From the NCBI GenBank assembly GCA_050012475.1, contig JBEKHC010000009.1, positions 1 to 64,000 of the forward strand: a stretch of 64,000 nt of DNA. The letters are read 5' to 3'. Shown in pieces: positions 56,136 to 64,000 of the stretch (its first letter is position 1; each line of letters begins with the position of its first letter). Under the pieces are notes generated by a model. The model saw only the letters and a program-made list of their open reading frames with translations. It had not been told where the DNA came from and made no database searches. The translations under genes and the position numbers were made by a program. Origin of the DNA: Candidatus Velthaea sp. GTDB lineage: Bacteria; Vulcanimicrobiota; Vulcanimicrobiia; Vulcanimicrobiales; Vulcanimicrobiaceae.

Positions 56136-57110
56136 ATGCGGCAGCCGGTGGTTTTTCGAGCGTTCGTGACGGCCGGATTGGTCGCGGTACTGATCGGCGG
56201 AGCCGCCGGAGCAGCGCGTAGCGGGCTGGATTGGGCGTTCCCGACGGCCGGCAGCGACAGCGGGCAGGCGTCCAAGCCCGCTCGCGCTTTGACGCTCGCA
56301 AGCAGCCCCGCACACTATACGCGCAGCGAGATCGAGAGCGGTTTTGTCGCGATCGATTGGTGGCCGCACCGCCACTCTTCGCTGCCGGCGGTGGTCGAAC
56401 GCGGCCGCAAACCCGACGTTTTGGCGTGCGGTTTTTGCCATCTGCCCAGCGGCCAAGGGCGTCCGGAGAACTTCGCCCTGGCCGGGTTGGGCGCGCGGTA
56501 CATGCGCGAGCAGCTGCGTGACTTGCGCAGCGGCGCGCGCCGCGGCGTTCATCCGGCGTGGCTTCCGGCGGCCGTCATGACCCAAGTCGCGCACGCGGTC
56601 ACCGAAGCCGAAGTCGCTTCTGCCACGGCGTACTTTGCAAAGCAGACGTTCGTTCCGCGAACGCGAGTCGTGGAAACCGCGGAGATTCCCGCCGTCACGG
56701 CCGAGGCGTTCGTTTATCGCCGCTTGCCCGGCAACCGGCGGGAAACCCTGGGCGAGCGGATCGTCGAAACGCCGGACGACTTCGGACGCTTCGAGCTTCG
56801 CGACAGCACGGTGGGGTATACCGCCTACGTGCCGCGCGGTTCGCTCGCTCGCGGCGCGGAGCTTGCAAGAACTGGCGCCAACGACCACGTCACCGCGTGC
56901 ATAATGTGCCACGGCGCGAACTTACGCGGCGTCGGGGACGTTCCGCCGTTAGCCGGCCGGTCGCCGACCCAACTGTTTCGCCAGCTCGCCGGATTTCGCG
57001 CCCGGACGCGCCACGGCGCGGGCGACGCGCCGATGCTCGCCGAGACCGCGCCGTTGTCGAATGCCGAGATGATCGACGTGGCCGCGTATGCCGGTTCGCT
57101 CAAACCGTAA
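56136..57110 (+). CDS. Diheme c-type cytochrome (c4-like)
   Basis: Signal peptide; CGFCH and CIMCH, each followed by a distal Met. Confidence 0.88.
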   Translation: MRQPVVFRAFVTAGLVAVLIGGAAGAARSGLDWAFPTAGSDSGQASKPARALTLASSPAHYTRSEIESGFVAIDWWPHRHSSLPAVVERGRKPDVLACGFCHLPSGQGRPENFALAGLGARYMREQLRDLRSGARRGVHPAWLPAAVMTQVAHAVTEAEVASATAYFAKQTFVPRTRVVETAEIPAVTAEAFVYRRLPGNRRETLGERIVETPDDFGRFELRDSTVGYTAYVPRGSLARGAELARTGANDHVTACIMCHGANLRGVGDVPPLAGRSPTQLFRQLAGFRARTRHGAGDAPMLAETAPLSNAEMIDVAAYAGSLKP

Positions 57111-57254
57111 ATTTTTTTGATTTGGCAGATCACTAGCTTTTTTGAAGCACGGTGCGTATAGTCACTCCAGACTCCACGCGATAACAACATTCTTTGGTTG
57201 CTGTCTCGCGCGCCGCGCACCAGGCGCGGCGCTGCTGAACGAAAAGGAGTACCG

Positions 57255-57692
57255 ATGACATCCACTGCGAATGCGCCGACTGCGCTCGCTCACCTCCGGC
57301 CGTACATTTTTTTCTACGGCCGCTGCCAAGAAGCGCTCGACTTTTACGCGGACGTGCTGGGCGGCACATCCGAGGTGATGTTGATCAAGGACACGCCTGT
57401 CGCCGAGCATTTTCCCACCGATTTTCGCGACAAGGTCATGCATGCGTCGTTCACGGCTCCCGGGATTTCTTTCTTTGCGTCCGACGGCCGCGAAGCAAAA
57501 GGCGTCGATCCCGATGCGGGCAACATCTCGATTGCTCTCTCATTCACGGATAGCGCACTTGGCCAGCGGGTCTTGGACGGGCTCTCCGACGGCGGTAAAG
57601 TCACCATGCCGCTGGGCGACGCGTTCTGGGGCGGACGATTCGCCTCGTTGGTCGACCGCTTCGGCGTCGAGTGGTTGATGACGCTTCCCTAG
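57255..57692 (+). CDS. VOC family, PhnB-like protein
   Basis: PYIFFYGRCQEALDFY...KVMHA...MPL..AFWG..F....DRFGV.W; AAGGAG RBS. Confidence 0.9.
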   Translation: MTSTANAPTALAHLRPYIFFYGRCQEALDFYADVLGGTSEVMLIKDTPVAEHFPTDFRDKVMHASFTAPGISFFASDGREAKGVDPDAGNISIALSFTDSALGQRVLDGLSDGGKVTMPLGDAFWGGRFASLVDRFGVEWLMTLP

Positions 57693-57959
57693 CAGCAGCA
57701 CGATTGCGCCACGCGCAACCCGTGGTGTTGCGGCTGCGCCGCAAGCCGCGGTCGCGTGGAAGCTTCACACAAACCGCACGGTTCGGGTGTGGGCGGTCGG
57801 GCGGGCGCTCATCCGAACGAAGCCGAGGGCGCCCATTCGCCCATCCGATGGTCGGTGTGAACGAGTGTTGAAGCGCATTTGAGGCGACTTTCGCGACGAG
57901 TACTCAACTCGTTGCTGCCCTCGGTGCACATTTCGACGAAACCGCCCCGCTCAACAGCG

Positions 57960-58096
57960 GTGGTCATGTATCACGCCTGGCGGATTTTCGACGATCCGGG
58001 CAAGCGGTGGCCGCGCGCGCTGTTTCGCTACTCGCTGCTGACCTCGCGTTAATGTGCGTGGCCATGGTCGCCGACCGCATGATCCACATCGGGTAG
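57960..58096 (+). pseudogene. C-terminal fragment resembling heme O synthase (CtaB/CyoE)
   Basis: YHAWRIF...RWPRALFRYSLL(Y)LALMCVAMVADR, needing one frameshift. Confidence 0.5.
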
Positions 58097-58221
58097 CAGC
58101 AAGATTCGGGGCATCCGAATCCGTGGCACTTCGCGCGGAGCCGTACGCGGCGTTTCGGCGCTTCGCGCCGAGCCGCACGTGGCGTTTGCGGCTGCGCGGC
58201 AAGCTTGGGGTGCTTGCCGCC

Positions 58222-59613
58222 TTACACGATGTGGGTGATGTAGAAAACCGCGATGACGAAAAATACCGCCAGCGTCTTGATGCATGTAATGGCGAAGATA
58301 TCGCGGTACGATTGACGATGCGTCAGACCCGTAACGGCGAGCAACGTGATGACGGCGCCGTTGTGCGGCAGCGTATCCATCCCGCCGCTGGCCATCGACG
58401 CGACGCGATGCAGGACTTGCGGCGAGATGCCCGCGGCGTTTGCGGCAGCGAGAAACTGGGTGGCCATCGCGGCCAACGCGATGCTCAGTCCGCCCGAGGC
58501 CGACCCGGTGATCCCGGCGAGTGCCGTCACCGTGATCGCTTCGTTCACCAGCGGATTCGGAATCGCGCGCAGCGCTTGCTTGATGACCAGGAAGCCTGGA
58601 AGCGCGGCCATGACGGCGCCGAAGCCATACTCGGAAGCCGTGTTCATCGAGGCCAGCAGCGATCCGGCGACTGCCGCCTGCGTTCCGGCCACGAAGCGCG
58701 TCCGCATCGTGTTGAAGGCCAGCACAACGACGGTCAGGATGCCTAAAATAAGCGCGGCCTCGACGGCCCAGATCGCCACGACCTTCGGCACTTCGGTAAC
58801 GATCGGATCGGCCAGACCGGCGAGCTTCACGGTGTTGGTCGGCCCGAACGCGGCCGGGATGAGCGACGTGAAGGCTTTGTTCATCACGAACACTACGACT
58901 AGCGGGAGCATCGCAAGCCAGGCCGCTGGCAGCTTCGTCTCTTCGCCGATTTCGGGCTCCTGGGAGTGCCCCGTGCCGTAACCCTCGCCCGCGCGCAGCG
59001 CCTTCCCGCGCTGCCATTCCAGGTACGACAAGCCCAGCGCGAGGATGAATGCCGAGCCGATGATGCCCAGCCAACCGGCGGCATACGTATTCGTTTGGAA
59101 GAACGTCGACGGGATGATGTTTTGGATCTGCGGTGTGCCCGGCAGCGAATCCATCGTGAAGGTGAACGCGCCGAGCGCGATCGTGCCGGGGATCAGCCGC
59201 TTGGGGATGTTGCTCTGGCGAAACATCTCAGCGGCAAACGGATACACGGCAAACACGACGACGAAGAGCGACACGCCGCCGTAGGTGAGAATCGCGCCGA
59301 CGAGGACGATTGAAAGCATCGCGCGCTGCGGTCCCAAAATGCGGATGACTCCCGAGACGATCGCACGCGCGAAGCCCGACAGTTCGATCACTTTGCCGAA
59401 GACCGCTCCCAGCAAGAAGATCGGAAAATAGAGCTTCACGAAGCCGACGAGCTTGTCCATGAACAGCCCGGTGTACACGGTTGGAACGCCGGACGGATCG
59501 GTGAGCAGAACTGCGAACAGTGCGGCGATCGGCGCGAAGAGGATGACGCTGAAACCCCGATAGGCAACGAACATCAGGAACGCGAGAGCAGCGACGGCGA
59601 TCAGTAAGCTCAT
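58222..59613 (-). CDS. GntP family permease
   Basis: LTYGGVSLFVVVF, PGTPQIQN, GITGSASGG, GGMDTLPHNGAV. Confidence 0.92.
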   Translation of the reverse strand: MSLLIAVAALAFLMFVAYRGFSVILFAPIAALFAVLLTDPSGVPTVYTGLFMDKLVGFVKLYFPIFLLGAVFGKVIELSGFARAIVSGVIRILGPQRAMLSIVLVGAILTYGGVSLFVVVFAVYPFAAEMFRQSNIPKRLIPGTIALGAFTFTMDSLPGTPQIQNIIPSTFFQTNTYAAGWLGIIGSAFILALGLSYLEWQRGKALRAGEGYGTGHSQEPEIGEETKLPAAWLAMLPLVVVFVMNKAFTSLIPAAFGPTNTVKLAGLADPIVTEVPKVVAIWAVEAALILGILTVVVLAFNTMRTRFVAGTQAAVAGSLLASMNTASEYGFGAVMAALPGFLVIKQALRAIPNPLVNEAITVTALAGITGSASGGLSIALAAMATQFLAAANAAGISPQVLHRVASMASGGMDTLPHNGAVITLLAVTGLTHRQSYRDIFAITCIKTLAVFFVIAVFYITHIV

Positions 59614-59804
59614 ATGTTTCCTTAAGAGTTGAGACGGTGGCGGCGTTCCGAGGGAACCGCTGCGCGTGAGTCTCCTCCGCATCGTGGCAAGCACGTGCGA
59701 CCAAAAATCGCTCGCCCGCGCTTAAGGTTAGGAGCGACGGATACTCGCTCCTCTCCATTTGGTGAGGGGGCATAACGTGGCACCCTCGGTGGTAGCGTTG
59801 TACA

Positions 59805-61115
59805 ATGGAGTACGACGTTATCGTCCTCGGCGCGGGTATGGCGGGAATGTTCGCTGCGCGTGAACTCGCGCGCGGCGGGTGCAGCGTGGCGCTCGTCGAG
59901 GCACGCGATCGCGTCGGCGGTCGAGTGCGCGCAGCTGTCGATCCGCGCGCGCTCGCACCGGTCGAACTGGGCGGAGAATTCGTGCACGGCCGGCCCGCGG
60001 TCACCTACGAACTTTTGCGCGAGATCGGCGCAACGGTGGTCGACAACGCCCAAAGTCACGCCGACTTCCGCGGAGACGCCTTACCGTCCGCATCGGATGC
60101 CGGCCGCGAGGAGGTCGGAAAAATATTGGCGACGGCCCTCGAACGGGAACGAGACGAAAGCGTCGACGCGCTCGTCGCGCGCGGTTCGAACCGCGCCCCG
60201 GCGCCGGCGACGGCGCAGTGGATACGGCGCCTGGTAACGGGGTTCGACGCCGCGGATCCGGCGCGAGCCAGTGCGCGCGCGATCGCGCAGGAATGGGCCG
60301 GCGATGCCTCCGCCGACGGCGCCCAATCTCGCCCGATCGGCGGGTATGCGCCGCTCGTCGCGCATTTGGCGCGATCGCTCGATCCCGCCCGCGTCGATCT
60401 GCAGCGCGAAACCGTTGCAACGCACATCGCGTGGGATGCGCGCAGCGTGCGCGTCGCAGCGCGCGCGCACGGGCGCGATCGATTCTTCCACGCTCGCCGT
60501 GCGGTCGTCTGCGTGCCGCACGGCGTCTTGACCGCCGAGCCTGGCGCCGAGGGCGCGATCGCATTCGAACCGCCGCTGCCGGCGACGACGCGCGCGGCTC
60601 TGACGAGCATCGCAACGGGTCCGGTGATCAAAATCGTGCTGTGCTTTCGCTCCGCGGTGTGGGAAACGCTGCGCGGCGGCGCTTGGCGCGACGTGGCATT
60701 CTTCACCGGCGACGGTCCGTTTCCGACGTTCTGGACGCAACTGCCCGTTCGTGCGAACACCCTCGTCGCGTGGGCTGGGGGACCGGACGCCGATCGTTTG
60801 GCACAGCACGCCGACGCGGCGCGCATCGATCTGGCGCTGGAATGCGCGGGCCGCTATTTCGGCGACGTCGTGTCGATGCGCACGGCGTTCGCCGGAGCGC
60901 ACGTTCACGATTGGCAGCGCGATCCGTTCGCGCGCGGCGCTTACAGCTATCTGCTCGTCGGCGGCGAGCGGGCGCGCGAAGCACTCGCGGCGCCGGTCGA
61001 CGGCGCGCTGTGGTTTGCGGGAGAAGCCACCGCCGCCGGCGGCGAGGGCGGGACGGTCGCCGGAGCGCTCTTGAGCGGCCGCCGGGCCGCGCATCAGATC
61101 CTTGCCGAACGATAA
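59805..61115 (+). CDS. Flavin monoamine oxidase family protein
   Basis: GAGMAG...EARDRVGGR, ELGGEFVHG, DPFARGAYS, FAGEAT, GTVAGALLSG. Confidence 0.92.
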   Translation: MEYDVIVLGAGMAGMFAARELARGGCSVALVEARDRVGGRVRAAVDPRALAPVELGGEFVHGRPAVTYELLREIGATVVDNAQSHADFRGDALPSASDAGREEVGKILATALERERDESVDALVARGSNRAPAPATAQWIRRLVTGFDAADPARASARAIAQEWAGDASADGAQSRPIGGYAPLVAHLARSLDPARVDLQRETVATHIAWDARSVRVAARAHGRDRFFHARRAVVCVPHGVLTAEPGAEGAIAFEPPLPATTRAALTSIATGPVIKIVLCFRSAVWETLRGGAWRDVAFFTGDGPFPTFWTQLPVRANTLVAWAGGPDADRLAQHADAARIDLALECAGRYFGDVVSMRTAFAGAHVHDWQRDPFARGAYSYLLVGGERAREALAAPVDGALWFAGEATAAGGEGGTVAGALLSGRRAAHQILAER

Positions 61116-61311
61116 CGATTGCTTGACCGGAGGGACACAAACCGCGTTCGTAGCACTTGCGCTACACACGCTTTACTCAAAATTGGGACTTTCGTATCAC
61201 ATCGCCGCGCCTTCGGCCAGCATAAAACGAAACGTTTGTGCCGAAGTCCAGTGGTTGAGAAAAGCCGAAAGAGCTAATAGAGCATGACCGCATCGGAGTT
61301 TTAGCGCATCC

Positions 61312-63954
61312 ATGGCATGTAGCGTGTGCTCGTCCGGCAACCATCCGCGGAGTGTTGTTTGTCGGGCATGCGAACCGCAACTTCACACTCGTGGTGAGTT
61401 CGACGCCGACAGCACCGTCTTCGAATCGCACCTCACCGGGCTCGCCAAGCGAGTTCAGATTGCGCGCGGCTCGAATCCGGGCATCACCGAAGTGCTCCGG
61501 CGGCGTGCCCCGGCCGTCGGCGGTTCACCGCGCGGCCGGCAGCCAGCGCCCTCGATCGACGTCGACAAGCTGCGCGTCGTGTTCGGCGGTCCGCACGGCG
61601 CGCGCATCGAGCCGCTCACCGTCTTCGAAGCACCATATGCCGAGCAAGCGCGACGCCAGCCGGCACTCGACGTTCCAGAAACCGACATGCGCGGTCAAGC
61701 CGGCGCGGCGATTTGGCAAGCCCTTGCGAGCGGAGCGACGGTCTTGCGCGTGCGCGGTAGCGAGGGATCGGGAGCAACGACGCTCATGAAGCGGCTCGCC
61801 GCGGGAGCGCGTCAGCACGGCTTCCCCTACGGCGCAGTCTACGCGGCAAACGTCGTCGGACCGCCGGCCGACGTCGCGCAGCGAATCGCCGCCCTGCTCG
61901 ATCCAGCGCAGCGGCTGCGCTTCTACACTGCTTCGGATCGGACGCAATTCATCGCCGGCCGCCGCTTTTTGGTGCTGCTGGACGGCGCGAATTTGACCGT
62001 GGAGGACGTCGCCGATTTGAGCCGGGCGCTGCCCGACGTGCGCTTCGTGATCGCCGATGCCCCGGCGCTTGCCCAGCCCGACGCGGTCGTCCTTGGTCCG
62101 CTCGCCGCGAACTGCGTCGTAACGCTCCTCGAAGAGACCTACGGACGGCGGCTCGACGATGAAAACTTGCGTGCGGCGCTCGATCTCTGCGCGACGGCGG
62201 GGTCGTTGCCCGGCTACACCCGGCTCATCGGAGTCGCCGCCCGGGTGCTCGGGCGGTCGTTCATCTCGCTGAGCCTGAGCCACAATTCCGGCGAGGCGAT
62301 CATTCGCGAATTGGTCGCCGGCCTGCCGCCGGCGGAACTGCGCATCCTGAGCATGCTGGTCCTCGCCCGCGTGCCGCTGGCCGCTCATCACGTCGCCTAC
62401 GTCGTTCGCAGCGGCGAGGTTCGCGCTTGTTTGGACCATCTCGTCGAGTACGAATTGATCGGTACATGTGGCCCGACGGGCGACTTGTATGAAGTTCCCG
62501 GACACGTGGAACATCTCGTTCCGCCGCTTACCGACACCGACACGACGTTGGCGCGAATCTTCGATGTGTTGGGCGACGTCTTCGATTCATGGCAGGCCGT
62601 CCCGGTTCTCGACCGTCAGCTGACGGCAGCCGAAGCGCTGCTGCAAAGCGCGGCACAGCGTTCGGCTTGGAAGAGCGTCCTTGCGCTTGGTCCGCGCGTC
62701 GCCGACGCTTTGGCGGCTCGCGGTGCGTTCGGCGGTTGGGGCCGCGTCCTCGATCTCGTCGAAGCGGCGGCAACGCAATTGGGTGATGCAGCGATGCTCG
62801 ACTTCGCGCGCCACGATCAGGGCATCCGGGCCGTGGTCATCGGCGACAACGAGCGCGCCGTCGCTTCTTTGGAATCAGCCGCGCGAGCACGGCGATCCGC
62901 CGGCGACGACAGCGGTGCCGACGCAAGTGCTGCGGCGCTCGCGCTCGTGGAGCGCAAGCCGGCTGCCCCGGCGCCGGCTGCAGCACCGCCCGCCCGCCCG
63001 CCCGAGCCGGCTCCCGCGCCGTCGCACTCGTCGCTCCCGGGCCGCAGCCTGCTCCTGCTTGGTTTCGGCATCATCGCCGTAGCCATCATCGTGCTGTCGC
63101 TGCACTTCAAGCCGAGCGCCGCCCCAGTCATCCGCGAACTCTCCGTCAATCCGGTCGCCGGCGGCGGCGGGGCTGCCCGGCTATGCGTCGATGCGGCCAA
63201 CGCCGCCGTCGTCGAGGTTTTTCCGGATGCCGTGCGACTGCCCAGCGGCAAACACTGTTTGCACGTTGCGCCGGCGGCGACGACGACCTACGTCGCGGTC
63301 GGAACGTCGCTCGACGGCCGCCAAGTTCGCCGCGCGGTTACCGTCGCCGTGAAGCTCCCTGCGCCGCCGGCGCCGGTGCGCATCAGCCGCTTCAGCGTGA
63401 GCCCGGCGCGCGTCCTGGCCGGCGGATTCGCTCGTCTGTGCTACGCCGTCAGCGGCGCGCACGAGCTGCGCATCGTCCCGCGCGTCGGTCCGCTCACGCA
63501 GCTTCGCTCGTGCCAAACCCTGACATTGCGCGAGCCGCACCGCTACCGCTACACGCTTTCGGCGCTCGGCGAAGACGGACAAGTCGCCGTCCGCGACACC
63601 CACGTCGACGTCGTGGCCGCGGCGCCGCCTCCACCCCGGGTTCAGAATCACAGCACGCGCGGCAGCGGTTTGATTCAGCGCGCGGTCTATCAATTCGACG
63701 CGACGCCCAACGTCGTCGAGCGCGGTCAGGCGACGTCGCTGTGCGTGGGGGTCGGCCGGCCGGCTCGGGGATTCGTCACCCATGTCGGCGCGCTTTCCTC
63801 GGGGATCACGCGCTGTTATCGCGTTCAGCCACGCAAAACGACGGTCTACCGTTTGTATGTCGCTTTGGCGGACGAAACCGCGGTTCAGAGCGTCACGGTC
63901 GCGGTTCGGCCGGCTTCCAGACGCGTGGAGGCGACCCGCACCGAGCGCCGTTAA
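61312..63954 (+). CDS. Membrane-anchored multidomain protein: Zn ribbon, STAND/NB-ARC-like NTPase (degenerate), helical repeats, TM, three Ig-like repeats
   Basis: CSVC...CRAC; GSEGSGATT; FLVLLDG; GSLP; Pro/Ala linker; TM LLLLGFGIIAVAIIVL; three repeats of the form (F)SV.P..V..G....LC. Confidence 0.75.
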   Translation: MACSVCSSGNHPRSVVCRACEPQLHTRGEFDADSTVFESHLTGLAKRVQIARGSNPGITEVLRRRAPAVGGSPRGRQPAPSIDVDKLRVVFGGPHGARIEPLTVFEAPYAEQARRQPALDVPETDMRGQAGAAIWQALASGATVLRVRGSEGSGATTLMKRLAAGARQHGFPYGAVYAANVVGPPADVAQRIAALLDPAQRLRFYTASDRTQFIAGRRFLVLLDGANLTVEDVADLSRALPDVRFVIADAPALAQPDAVVLGPLAANCVVTLLEETYGRRLDDENLRAALDLCATAGSLPGYTRLIGVAARVLGRSFISLSLSHNSGEAIIRELVAGLPPAELRILSMLVLARVPLAAHHVAYVVRSGEVRACLDHLVEYELIGTCGPTGDLYEVPGHVEHLVPPLTDTDTTLARIFDVLGDVFDSWQAVPVLDRQLTAAEALLQSAAQRSAWKSVLALGPRVADALAARGAFGGWGRVLDLVEAAATQLGDAAMLDFARHDQGIRAVVIGDNERAVASLESAARARRSAGDDSGADASAAALALVERKPAAPAPAAAPPARPPEPAPAPSHSSLPGRSLLLLGFGIIAVAIIVLSLHFKPSAAPVIRELSVNPVAGGGGAARLCVDAANAAVVEVFPDAVRLPSGKHCLHVAPAATTTYVAVGTSLDGRQVRRAVTVAVKLPAPPAPVRISRFSVSPARVLAGGFARLCYAVSGAHELRIVPRVGPLTQLRSCQTLTLREPHRYRYTLSALGEDGQVAVRDTHVDVVAAAPPPPRVQNHSTRGSGLIQRAVYQFDATPNVVERGQATSLCVGVGRPARGFVTHVGALSSGITRCYRVQPRKTTVYRLYVALADETAVQSVTVAVRPASRRVEATRTERR

Positions 63955-64000
63955 GAGCGCCGGCTCGCGCGGGACGCCGGCGGTCCTGACCAGAACCGCA

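Noticed and set aside
1..64000. tRNA, rRNA, riboswitch or IS transposase
   Set aside because: None recognised by eye; a covariance-model search was not possible, so small RNAs could be missed.

Overview
High-GC bacterial genomic window. The gene repertoire (stalk-domain/YXWGXW protein, MalT-like BTAD regulator, XRE-GAF-like regulator, many small secreted proteins) resembles Eremiobacterota/Vulcanimicrobiota-type soil bacteria; this is an inference only. It is mostly accessory content: a sugar ABC transporter, a five-gene group 3b [NiFe] (sulfhydrogenase-type) hydrogenase operon with an embedded cNMP-binding protein, a small island (about 20.7-23.7 kb) carrying a MazF/PemK toxin-antitoxin pair, a Cre-like tyrosine recombinase and a Uma2 nuclease, a Pat-type acyl-CoA-synthetase/GNAT, a Phd-VapC pair, and numerous hydrolases, regulators, VOC proteins and transporters. 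About a dozen genes are broken by frameshifts, internal deletions or stops. The best candidates for new biology are (1) a 32-bp lox-like site (13-6-13 inverted repeat) just upstream of the Cre-like recombinase, (2) an 880-aa membrane-anchored STAND/NB-ARC-like protein with a degenerate Walker A and extracellular Cys-paired Ig-like repeats, and (3) a hydrogenase gamma subunit with degenerate NAD(P)-binding motifs. I saw no rRNA, tRNA or CRISPR array. All family assignments come from motif recognition by eye; no database searches were run.
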